Shown one piece after another: positions 1 through 15,824 of a DNA stretch of 34,971 bases. Every line of letters begins with the position of its first letter. Position 1 is the first letter of the stretch. The notes beneath the pieces were generated by a model. It had not been told where the DNA came from and did not search any database. It worked only from the letters and a program-made list of their open reading frames with translations. A program made the translations under genes and the position numbers. Origin of the DNA: Folioceros fuciformis (lineage: Eukaryota); the NCBI GenBank assembly GCA_049999805.1, contig JBNGIO010005951.1:37729-72699 (forward strand). Reading direction: 5' to 3'.

Positions 1-126
1 GATTAGGTGAGTAACTTCATAAGACCCTTTTCTTCGGTGGAATAAGGAGCCCTAAGAATCTTATCATCGACAACGTTTGTAACTTTGGATACTTGTAATA
101 GAGAATTGATGTAGTTAAGTACAGTG

Positions 127-200
127 TTAGTGATAGATTTGACCAAATAATAGTAGAGTAAGTGAATTATTAGTGATAGATTTGACCAAATAATAGTAGA
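127..200. repeat. 32-bp direct repeat (TTAGTGATAGATTTGACCAAATAATAGTAGAG x2) in AT-rich flank
   Basis: Identical copies at 127-158 and 169-200. Confidence 0.85.
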
Positions 201-465
201 GCTTGAAGTTCCACAGGTGTAGAATCATATTATAGAAGCATAATATCTATTGAGCTTAGTAGTCATAGAATTAGATACTAAACTAGAAATAACCTCTATC
301 CAGTTTCCTGATAGTCGTCCTGTAAAGGAGCAGCGAGATCGTGCGGCGCAGAGTGGGAGTAAGTGGACCTTCGTGTCAAATCGGGATAGCAAGAGTCGTC
401 CCTTACCTGCCATGGTTTCACATAGCCGTATGAGGAATTTGTGTTGTGCACAGAAATGAAGATCT

Positions 466-694
466 CAAGAAGTGCACTCTGTTTCACGGTGCCCGATGGA
501 ACGGATGGAAGGGCTTCGGACACAGCAGCAAGCTCTGTTTCGCGCCTTGTATTCAGAGGCCTCGGCTGGGACCTGTGGCAAAGAGTTGGTGATGTAAAGA
601 ATTGCACTCTGTTTCACAATGCTCGTGGAAATCGGGTGAAAGGGCTTCGGAGAGAGCTGCTCCGATTTGTTTTGCGTACTGTATTCAGAAGCCA
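466..694. repeat. Degenerate ~130-bp tandem duplication
   Basis: TGCACTCTGTTTCAC at 473 and 603, each followed by AAGGGCTTCGGA and TGTATTCAGA in the same order with 1-nt spacing differences. Confidence 0.7.
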
Positions 695-992
695 TGGTGC
701 ATCACGGAATGAGAGGCACATCATTGGAAACAAGGTTATTTACCCCAGACAAGCCATGGAGACTGAATGGTGGGATGATGACTCACAACGTGTGAGGGTT
801 GGTTGGTGACCCAACGGGGAGCACTACCCAGGGAGCAAACCCTGTTGGTGTAGAATGCCACTTCTCCAGTCGTGAGACCGTACCTTCCTTGCTTCCGTTC
901 TCCACCTCTCGTGGCCCATCTGGCCGATCAAGTGGCTTCTTCAGGACAGATAATGGAGCAGCGAAGCGAAATACAGTACAGTGAGGAAGCAG

Positions 993-1016
993 GGAAGGAA
1001 GGAAGGAAGGAAGGAA
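993..1016. repeat. (GGAA)n microsatellite
   Basis: About 6 GGAA units read directly. Confidence 0.85.
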
Positions 1017-1749
1017 AGAGGTCACGTGTGAGCCCGAGGATTCCACTTGGCAAAGACACAAATTCCTTTCCGGCACCTATGCAACTGCAACAGTGCAGGC
1101 TCAGCCACACCACAGCAGCGTGACGCAAGCTAACTCATCACTGTACACTCCGGGTACGCACACGCAGCACACACAGCACACCCATGACGTAAAGAAAAGT
1201 GTGTGTGGGATAACACACATTCCTTACTTTGAGGGAAGCATGCGATAAGGAGGATGCAAAGTGAACTTGAATCCGATCACCGTGACATTGTCCACTCCGT
1301 TTCGGGGCAAGATGCTGGCATGATGCTGGGAAGCAGGTGACGGGAATGCCGACAGCCTCCTTAAGCTCAGACAAGGTGCAATCTCGAGGACGGACAGTCT
1401 CGGAGCAGCCTAGGATGAAGCAAACATTCGCGCTGTCCGAGCGGGATGGGACGGGATGGGATGGTATGCAGCCCGGTGGTGCTGGGTAGGCAAGCACTTG
1501 GCAGCAGTTGCGGAATGGAACATTCTGCGACACCCAGTCGCAGAGTGAGTCGCCTTGGCGTCCTGTCATGGGCTGCTGTTCCGTTGTCAAGAATCGCCCG
1601 CCCGGGCACGACCGAGGCTGAGCCGTGACCGAGAAAGATAAAATACCTGGCCGCCTTGCTTCTCGGCTTAATCGGAGGAAGAGTTTGAGAGCTTGGATCG
1701 ATTTAAGCCTTCGTCATCTCTTGCAATCGGCAATTCGAAAGGAGCAGCT

Positions 1750-3208
1750 ATGGCGGCAGCGGGGCGGAAGGCGGTGGCAGCGGCGGCGGTGGCGGCGGTA
1801 GCTGGGCTGCGGGCCACGCACGCCGTGGCCACTCCAGCCTCCAAATCTTTGCTTAGCAGGGGGCAAGACCGGGTGGTGGATGCCTCCCTCACGCTGGTTC
1901 GGGAGCGTGCTCGCCTTAAGGTTGCCTGCTCGCTTTCTTCAATTCTCCTCTCCAAGCCCGGACGACGGACGCAATTCGGTCTCACCCAAATTCTGTTGCA
2001 GGCGGAGCTGGTGCGGGAGTTGGGAGGTGCGGAAGCAACCTCGTGCCTTCTTGGGGTTCCGTTGGGCCACAACTCGTCCTTCCTGCAAGGGCCTGCCTTC
2101 TCCCCTCCCCGGATCAGGGAAGCCATCTGGTGCGGAAGCACCAATTCCACCACTGAGGCAGGTGCGTGTTAGGATTCTCATGTTGCTGCTGGATGGATGG
2201 CTGGCCGATGGTGAGGATGAATGAAGGAGGAGGTTCTGCTGATGCAGGCAAGGAGCTGGAAGATCCAAGAGTGCTGTCTGACGTTGGAGATGTCCCAATT
2301 CAGGAGATGAGGGACTGTGGGCTGGACGATGACCGGCTCATGTCAACCATCAGCGAGTCCGTCAAGCTGTTGATGAATGAGGTGCTCTTCTCTTGTGTTA
2401 TCACAACATGAGTCTGCACGTGTGGGACGCCTTTCTGTGTCGTGATTCAACTTCATGCCATGCCGCGTCTTTGGTGCAGGCCCCTCTGCGTCCTCTTGTT
2501 CTCGGCGGGGACCACTCCATCTCGTTTCCCGTGGTGAGAGCCGTGTCGGAGCAACTGGGAGGCCCCGTGGACATTCTGCACTTCGATGCTCACCCGGACA
2601 TCTACCACGCCTTCGAGGGGAACAAGTACTCCCACGCCTCCCCCTTTGCCCGCATCATGGAGGGTGGGTATGCGAGAAGGCTGCTTCAGGTACGGTTCCT
2701 ACCGACAAATGACTCGGCGCATCTGTGTTCGTCTCTGATGCTGATGATGTAACGGCAGGTGGGAATACGCTCAATCAACAAGGAGGGCCGAGACCAGGCC
2801 AACAAGTTCGGAGTGGAGCAGTTCGAGATGAGGCATTTCCGCAGGGATCGAGACATGCTGGAGAAGCTGGTAATGTCACTGCAACAACGGCAACTGTGTT
2901 TGGATGTGAAGCTCGGACGCTCATTCTGACAGCCTTGCATCTTATAGGAACTCGGCGACGGTGTGAAGGGAGTGTACATCTCCATCGACGTGGACAGTCT
3001 AGATCCTTCTATTGCACCTGGCGTCTCCCACATCGAACCAGGTGGCTTGACATTTCGCGAGCTCATGAACATCCTGCACAATCTTAAAGGGAACATTGTC
3101 GGAGGGGATGTGGTAGAATTCAATCCGCAACGAGATACAGTTGATGGCATGACGGCCATGGTTGCTGCCAAGCTTGTGAGAGAGCTTACAGCCAAAATGT
3201 CCAAGTGA
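1750..3208 (+). CDS. ARGAH: Arginase/agmatinase (ureohydrolase family), plant mitochondrial type; 6 exons (1750-1920, 2002-2161, 2248-2381, 2480-2689, 2759-2869, 2948-3208)
   Basis: Spliced protein contains GQDRVVDASLTLVRERARLK, LGHNSSFLQGPAFSPPRIREAIWCGSTNS, LGGDHSISFPVVRAV, HFDAHPDIY and SIDVDSLDPSIAPGVSH (Mn-binding motifs). N-terminus is Ala/Arg-rich and presequence-like. All introns are GT-AG. Confidence 0.96.
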
Positions 3209-3482
3209 CTGCTCCTGTTAACAGCCCATAATTCGATTGACGGTCAGAATTGACCTCGTTTTGTAGCACTTGCTCTCACCGGGCACTTGGCCCTCACTTC
3301 CCAGGGTCGCATTGATTCCTATTTCGTAAGCTCGGACGTACCCGATCTTGTTTCAAGGCCACGGCCACTCTAACAAGCGAAGCCTGGCAGAATGTGAAGA
3401 GTTTATTATCCAAACCGTTGCGACTGAAGTGGGATGACGGACATATTCCACTGAAAGTAGACGAATAAGAAAGAGTTTTCTT

Positions 3483-3490
3483 TTTCCCGC
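3483..3490 (+). promoter_or_regulatory. E2F binding site (TTTCCCGC) about 50 bp upstream of the MCM6 ATG
   Basis: Exact match to the TTTSSCGC consensus; MCM genes are established E2F targets. Confidence 0.75.
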
Positions 3491-3539
3491 CAACCTTCTC
3501 GGCGACTGGCCGCCTGTTTTGCTCCCCGCACGCAGGGGG

Positions 3540-8362
<4,823 letters not shown>

Positions 8363-8524
8363 AACTTTAGGAGAAAACAATCTGACATGTAAGTAGGGAA
8401 CAACCTCCTTTGCACCTCCTTCATGGGCTGGCAGATGATAAGCTGGAAGTACTCTTCAATGCCGCTTCCTTTGATGCGGTTCAACAACAATGCATGTGAA
8501 TGTTCTTGTCCCTCTTGGGGGCAG

Positions 8525-10375
8525 CTAGACAGGGTAAGTGCTGAGAGGAGCGTTATCCACGTACGCCGTGTTGCTGAGGTAAATGTAGATGTTGGGATGA
8601 TCCACATCCAGGAACACCTCATTGGTGTTCAGTGCTGGGCACACGGGTTTGTCGATACAGACATCCGCACCTCCAATGACGTAAGCCAGTCCTCCAGCAG
8701 TTGCTGCTGCGGTTCGGAATCGAGCTGTTGGGATCATGGCCTTCTGCACCCAGGTTTGATCTGAACCCACAAACACCTGACCCACGGAAGATAATGGACT
8801 GATTGAGAAACAGTTCCAGGCAGGGGATGCAGGCACGCAAGCAAAGAGTCTGGAAGCTTGGCCCCTCCCTCACCCACATGCTACTTACCTCATTCACATG
8901 CTTGGGGTACTTGAATGTGTCATTGTTTTGGTAGTGGCCTTCGCCGCCAACCAGCATCATCAGATTACCAGGGAGCACGGTGAGACCCTACAGGCATGGG
9001 AAAGGGCAGTACAGTCAGCTAGTGAGCAGAGGCAACTCTCACTCACATGGAAAGACAGATCACTCACTGCATCTCCTCGAGCCGTGAGGAGCTTCGGCCT
9101 CTTCGTCCAGGTCGATGTGGCAGGGTTGAAGGACTCCATAGCGTCAGAGAAGGCATTGTTGTTTCCTGCTTGCTGTTGCAATCAAGGAGATAAGAGGAGG
9201 TTCATCAGATGAGGCCGGCTTAATAGGGGAATATCAACGAAGTGTGAAGAGGGTAGTAGGTGAGTCATGCTTACATCAATATACCCGCCGAGCACGTAGA
9301 CCTCGTTCATGAAGCTGACGCACATGAGATCCCCCCGTGGAGTAGGCATGTCAGGAACAAGGGTCCAGGTATTTGTGGCAGGATCGAATACCTCAGTGGT
9401 AGCAAGGTACGCATAGTTCACTCCATAGCCTCCTACGACGTAGAGCTGCTTCATTTACCAGCCTGTGATCAGCATCCGTGTTTCATCGTCTGCAGCCTTG
9501 CAGAACTGCCCTGGTGAGCAAGTTATCTTACCTTGCCAGAGAGGCTGGCTGCACAGCAGTCTGAATGGACTGACATTGTGTTCGGCCCAACACTCCAGGA
9601 GTTTGCGGCCACATCGTATATGAAGGTTGTGGACACCAAGTCCTCGTTGTCTCCAGTCCCCTTGCGCCCTCCCACAACATATATCTTGCCTGCACCAAGG
9701 TTCGCAACACTTGCCCATGTAAACCGCTCTATTGAATTCCGTTTACTTGCGTAAATTCACACTTTCAGCTGGTTTTGCAGGACTGAGACCCACCGTCCAG
9801 AACATCAGCGCCAAACCGGTACCGAGGTTGAGGCATGGGTGACAGCGCAGTGTAGATGTGAAGAACCGGATTGTACACCCAGACGGCATCCAAGACCACG
9901 TTAGAGTCATTTGCTCCTCCGATGATGTACACCAGGTCGTTTACAGAAACCGCTGCGTGATCCGTCAAGTTGCCTGCCCAGAACTCAAGCACGTGAGCAT
10001 GCACATCTTCCAGGACCAAGCCCATCAAAGAACGAAGAAATGGCCCAAATTCCGACCCGGTAGAGACGCCCGTGCTCCCCAGAACCCCGTGCCTCGGAAG
10101 AGGCTGCCTCCGTAGGTGAGCCCGTTCAAGCTTCTGTTGCCGGAATCACTTGCAAAGGTGACGTTAGGATGCTCCACCAGGCCCCGGTACTTCGTCAGAG
10201 TATCGATTCGGCGGCCTTGCGATGCTCCCACCCCGATGAGAGCAACCAGCAGAATCACCACCAGCACTGTCAATCCCAATACCAGGAACCAGGCCCTGTT
10301 CACCGACTTCTTCAAGCTTTGCAGCTCATCATGAATCCGACCCAGCGCCCCGCTGTCGTAGTCCATGGACTTCAT
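8525..10375 (-). CDS. Kelch-repeat beta-propeller protein with one N-terminal transmembrane helix; about 7 exons
   Basis: Exon 1 reads MKSMDYD...AWFLVLGLTVLVVILLVALIGVGA (TM). About six Kelch blades follow (VYIIGG, IYVVGG, LYVVGG, VYVLGG, MMLVGG, AYVIGG, most followed by W...MP.PR). Stop at 8525. The start could be 10375 or 10366. Confidence 0.88.
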
Positions 10376-11230
10376 TTCACCCCTGACTCTTGCAGACAGA
10401 TCCAACCTCTCCTCCCCAAAAAGTTTCAAAACATGCAAACCAACATCTCACACAAAACTATCCCCATTGCTAGGAAGCAACACTCGCAAATTCACTCTAC
10501 ACTACACGTAAAACGCAACTAAACCAGTAGATGAAGTGAAGTCTTCTTGCAATCCTCAGCAGCTGACGCTGCCGGGAAGCGGAGAGACCCAAAACAGGCA
10601 ATGCCGATGAAGAGGATGGGGGAGGCAAGAGCTGGCTATCTCCTAGGATCCCTGCACTGTAGGTGGGACGCCTAGCCTGCTGGTGGGTCGGTTGAGTTGC
10701 CCGATTCTTGCCGTTTTTAGATTGGCTTGAAAGGTGTGTTTGCCTTGGCTTCCTCTGGTAGCTAGTTGAACAGTTACTTGTTAGACGCATCCTAAGAGCG
10801 TAATGGCAGCGCAGCATCTTCGGTGTCATCTGTACCATCCGATTGTCGAGATTTGATGATCACATTTTCGATCTGACCGAGCTGCATCAATGTGAAGGAA
10901 GGGAACGGTGAGGTGGATGACGACAAGAGGTTCGTGGGACCCACAAAGACGTACTTGTTGGCTCCAGATGTATGGACAGGCCAAGGGCCAGGCTACCAGC
11001 CACGTCTTTGACTTTGGACAGGATGTGGAGGCGTAACGATGTCGTGTCGGGCAATTTGGAGGGACGAAGATTCTTGGCAGGAATTTGGTAGTGGGTCACA
11101 CAAATCTCTCATTTGATTACACTGATAATACATTTCCAGTCTCAAACTGAGAAAGTAGAGAGTACAGAACAGTGAGTAGGGATTCTAGGCTTGTGAAATT
11201 GGCCCAGGAGAAGACGCGGGCGAGTGGAGA

Positions 11231-12564
11231 TCAAGCCAGAGCCTCCACGACCAGCTGGGCGACCTTTTCTGCACTTGCAGGGTTCTGGCCTGTGACCAGC
11301 TTCCCATCTGCTACTGCGTAAGGTTGCTGCACAAACGGGAAGAAGAGGTGGTCAGATGAGTGGGGCTTGTAGCGGACAGGAGATTAATGGGATCCTGGCT
11401 CACTTACGAAGTCAGGGGCACGCCCGAAGTTTGCACCCCGTTCCTTCAGGACGGTTTCCAGCAGGAAGGGCACTTGGTTGGTCTTCCCCACAGCTTCCTC
11501 TTCGCTGTCGGTGAAGCCTCCCACCTGGCGAAGGAAACGTCACACAAATGAGGGACACCAGCTGGGTCCCAGTTCCATATCAGACATGGCTATTTCCGGT
11601 AGCTGGAACGGACACTTACATTCCTCCCCTTCACAATTGGCTCTCCACTTGGGGTTTTCACATTCACGATGGCACAGGGACCATGGCAGACGGCAGCCAC
11701 CACCTTCCCTTCGGCCCAGAACTTCTCCAGCAAGGCAATGGAGTCCTTATCCACTGGAACGTCGAAAGCTACCCCATGGCCACCTGCAGGAACCAGTCTT
11801 CCATGCTACTTGGTCAGGCTCAGGCTCAGGCTCAGGCTCAGACTCAGACTCAGACTCAGGCTCACGCTCAGGCTCAGGCTCAACCTCCCTTCATGAATAG
11901 AGGAAGGGAGCGGTAGAGTAGCACCCAAGAGCTTGAAAGAGCGTGGCCATCACCTGGCACGAAAACGGCGTCATACGATTCCTTGACATCTTTCACAGCC
12001 ACGGTATTGTCCAGCAGGGCTTTCAGGGACACTGCATAGCAAATTGCACATTTACGAAATTCCATGACAAGCATGCAATCAGAAAAGCTGATGGGTTGCG
12101 TGGAGAACGGGACGAGCTTGCTCCTACACACCATCTCCCAGGAACTTCTTCACGTCCTCCGTAACATTTTCTTCCTTCAAGCTCGTCGAGTCTGTTAGGA
12201 TTTGGAGTGCATAACCGTGTTGTTAGATCCGACAGTAGTGCACCCCACATCATGCATGCCATTCCGCAAATTAGAGGTAGTTGGATAAGGGCATCACCGA
12301 TTGGGATTGTCCCTCCCTTCACGCTGACAATGTCTATATGGTAGCCTTCGTGATGAAACACGTAAAAGGGAGCGATCAGCTCTTCCGCCCTGCGAAGGGA
12401 CACATCACCCAAGGCCGATCAGGTCCACGAGCTCAAGAATTCTGCAGCATCATTGAGCCCGAAATACAAAACACAGAAGACCAAACTCACCATAATCCAG
12501 TGGGTTCACCGTCCGGGAACTTGTCATGGGATGACACCAGGAAAAGGACCCGCTTGGCCCCCAT
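11231..12564 (-). CDS. DJ-1/PfpI (class I glutamine amidotransferase-like) protein, Hsp31/glyoxalase III type; 7 exons
   Basis: Manual splicing gives MGAKRVLFLVSSHDKFPDGEPTGLW|AEELIAPFYVF...SVKGGTIPID|STSLKEENVTEDVKKFLGD|...YDAVFVPG|GHGVAFD...GKVVAAVCHGPCAIVNVKTPSGEPIVKGRN|VGGFTDSEEEAV...VPFLLE|...DGKLVTGQNPASAEKVAQLVVEALA*. All junctions are GT-AG and in frame. Confidence 0.92.
11815..11883. repeat. (CAGGCT/CAGACT)n hexamer microsatellite in an intron of the Hsp31-type gene
   Basis: About 11 hexamer units read directly. Confidence 0.9.
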
Positions 12565-13099
12565 TTCCAATCTACAACTGTGATGCTGAAGAGGAAAACT
12601 GCGGAGGTTGTAAGCGCAGAGCAGCGGTGCACAATATCAGATGTGAGGGGCCGGAGGAAACCTCGGAGGAAGAACCTGATCAGAATCGTGACATGAAGCA
12701 GCCGCAAAAGATGCCACGTATAATTGCTGGGTCCTGTTAGCAGAAAAAGTGTTCCTGGACGCTGGGCCTACCTCTCTCCAGATAAGCCAATAATCATGTA
12801 TAAAATACACATACTTCGCAACCAGGCCCGGCATTGGGCTGCGTGACGTTGCCGAGTAGTAGGAAAGTGTGCATTTCAGGATTATAAGACACTCTGACAT
12901 CGTTGTAAGGAAGACTTCTCAATTCTTTGCCTGACGTCCACCCTTTCAATTATCATTTTTCTGTTATGTTGTTGTGTGGAGGAGATTCTACACAGGAACA
13001 AGCCTTATAGCCTTGGCCTTGGCCCTCCTTGCTCAAGTTGTTCATGAGTTGCTTTTGAATCATGTCAACAATTAGGACCTCCCTTCCTTCTTTTGTATG

Positions 13100-13844
13100 C
13101 GTTTTGTTTCTTCTTGTGTTATGTTTGAGTGCCATCTCTTTCTCTCGTATTTGATCTACAAAAGCATCAGATTTTGTTTCTCCTTGTGTTATGCTTGAGT
13201 GTCATCTCTTTCTCTCGTATTTGATCTATGAAAGCATCAAATTTTGTTTCTGCTTGTGTTATGCTTGAGTGTCATCTCTTTCTCTCGTATTTGATCTACG
13301 AAAACATCAGATTTTGTTTCTTCTTGTGTTATGTTTGAGTGTCATCTCTTTCTCGTGCATTTGATCTATGAAAACATCAGATTTTGTTTTTTCTTGTGTT
13401 ATGTTTGAGTGTCATCTCTTTCTCTTGTATTTGATCTATGAAAGCATCAGATTTTGTTTCTTCTTGTGTTATGTTTGAGTGTCATTTCTTTCTCTCGTAT
13501 TTGATCTACGAAAACATCAGATTTTGTTTCTTCTTGTGTTATGTTTGAGTGTCATCTCTTTCTCGTGCATTTGATCTATGAAAACATCAGATTTTGTTTT
13601 TTCTTGTGTTATGTTTGAGTGTCATCTCTTTCTCTNNNNNNNNNNNNNNNNNNNNNNNNNNNNNNNNNNNNNNNNNNNNNNNNNNNNNNNNNNNNNNNNN
13701 NNNNNNNNNNNNNNNNNNNNNNNNNNNNNNNNNNNTAATCTCTTTCTCTCATATTTGATCTATGAAAGGATCGGATTTTGTTTTTTCTTGTGTTGTGCTT
13801 GTGTGTCGTCTCTTTCTCTTGTATTTGATCTATGAAAGCATCAG
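13100..13844. repeat. 70-bp tandem satellite (at least 9 copies) spanning a 100-N gap at 13636-13735
   Basis: TCTCTCGTATTTGATCTA... recurs at 13141, 13211, 13281, 13351, 13421, 13491 and 13561, and again after the gap. Confidence 0.95.
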
Positions 13845-14121
13845 TCAAATCTAGGAAGACCTGTGGAAAACCTTGTTTAACCCTGTCTCTTGCATTGTGC
13901 ACTTCTATCCAAGCATAGAATAGTTGAACTAATCAATATTATTGTAATAATAATATTGATGTGTGCAATATGACTGTATGTAATATGTGCTGCCTACCAT
14001 TTTTAAGTCTCCGTGACCGAGAACACTGGAATATTTCACATACAAAGAAAAATACGATGGTCTAGGACACGCCAACGCCATGGCCATGTTGGACACATTC
14101 GGGCTTTCTCATTCGAGACTG

Positions 14122-14129
14122 TAGGGTTT
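14122..14129 (+). promoter_or_regulatory. Telo-box (TAGGGTTT) upstream of the enoyl-CoA hydratase ATG
   Basis: Reverse complement of AAACCCTA about 130 bp before the ATG; a second copy lies in an intron at 15115-15122. Short motif that may occur by chance. Confidence 0.35.
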
Positions 14130-14256
14130 GAAGGTTGAAAAAGATCGGAACGGATTGAATTGGATTGGATTCGAGGTTGGTGGGTTGGTGGGAAGTTCCG
14201 AGCTTGACGATCTTCAAGCCTGCTGTGCTGCTGCTACTTGCTTCGTTTTCTCACCC

Positions 14257-15736
14257 ATGGCAGGCTCCGGACTTACCAGGCTCCTCTGGCATGTTCAGAG
14301 GGCTTCTGGGAGCCTGCGAGCTGCAGGAGTGGTTTCGACTTTGCAGGCCTCTCGGATTGGTGGGTTCCTGACGCAGCTCCTTCCAGCCAGCCGGTACATG
14401 CTGTTTTGCAAGTTTCTGGACTGATGGGGGAGAATTGCAGTTTGTAGTGGAGGATGTGGTGTAACGCAAGTCCAAGGGGAAGCAGGAGCGGCTCGCTTGG
14501 AGCAGCAGAGATGGATATGGTCTTGTCGTGGTCCCTTGAGCTCGCAGCAAACAGAGGTACGGGAGCCCAGTTCAGGGGCAGGAGCAGGAGCAGTGGCTGG
14601 GGCAGGAGAGGAGGGGGCTCAAAGCGGAACGGCATCCTGTGGTGGATTCTTCGACAACCTTAGTGTTGATATTGTCGGAGATGGGGCTGTGGGCTTGGTG
14701 ACATTGAACAGACCGAAAGCTCTGAATGCCCTGTCCAAGGCTCTCCTAGAGGAGTTGGTGGATGTCATCCACACATTCCAAAATATGACAGAGGTATGTC
14801 GGTTGACGGGTGGGTAGTTGCATCTTGTTCCAATCGGCTGGGCTGTGCTGGAGTACGGGCAAGACATTTGAACGTTCACCAGTGAGCATGCTGTGGCAAC
14901 AGATCGGTGCCATCGTCATCACGGGGAACGAGAAGGCGTTTGCAGCTGGTGCTGACATCAAGGAACTGCAGCACGGAACTGTCATGAGCGCCTTCATGGA
15001 TCGATTGACGCCATTCACCAAGGCTGCTCGCTCTCTTCCTTCTGCCAAGATCCCCTTGATAGCTGCCGTCAGCGGGTATTCTCCACTCACCTTCCATTCA
15101 TGTTCCACAAGGGCTAGGGTTTAGGGTGTTGCTTTGCATCTCTCGCACTGCTCACGCGTGCTTGTAATTTTGCAGGTATGCCCTCGGCGGTGGCTGCGAA
15201 CTAGCAATGCTTTGCGACATGATTCTAGCAGGAGAGACTGCCGTGTTTGGGCAGCCAGAAGTGAAGCTGGGTATCATTCCAGGCATCGGAGGCACACAAC
15301 GGCTGATTCGTGAAGTAGGCAAGTCCCGAGCCATGGAAATGGTCCTCACTGGAGAGTACTTCATGAAAGCCAGGGAAGCCTGCGACCGGGGGCTCGTCAG
15401 CCGCGTGGTACGTTATTGCATTTTGAACACACTCTCTTCCTCCCATCGTCTCCTGCAGAATTTCTGAAGACTCTCTCCTCTCTGTCTCACAAGGTCCCAG
15501 GAACTCACCAAGACGTGGTCAACGAAGCAATCGAGCTCGGCAAGAAGATTGCACAGCTCTCGAGGCCAGTGGTGGCCATGGCAAAGGAGGCCCTCAACAC
15601 AGCCTACGAGACGTCTCTGCAAGAAGGGCTCAAGCAGGAGAGAGTTCTCTTCTGCTCTACTTTCGGCCTGGAGGATCAAAAGGAGGGCACGGCCGCGTTT
15701 GTGGCCAAGAGGCAGGCCAAGTTCTCGCACAAATGA
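14257..15736 (+). CDS. Enoyl-CoA hydratase (crotonase family, short-chain ECHS1-like), probably organellar; 5 exons
   Basis: Contains [67 protein letters not shown] (both catalytic Glu) and [19 protein letters not shown]-terminus [24 protein letters not shown] resembles a mitochondrial presequence. Confidence 0.93.
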
Positions 15737-15824
15737 TGAACCCATATAGCTCGCGAACAATGTGTGCAGACGTCTCTGAGCAGAGTAGGCAACTACCTCC
15801 TGCTCCTCGGTGGTACTTTCATGT

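Noticed and set aside
11478..11916. Plus-strand ORFs with QAQAQA, SGSGSG or LRLRLR runs
   Set aside because: These are antisense readings of the Hsp31-type gene and its intronic hexamer microsatellite.
11880..12412. Hsp31-type gene as a pseudogene fragment
   Set aside because: Manual splicing recovers a complete in-frame 7-exon CDS.
13100..13844. 70-bp array as a CRISPR array or coding repeat
   Set aside because: There are no spacers, the unit is not a multiple of 3, and the ORFs run through N gaps.
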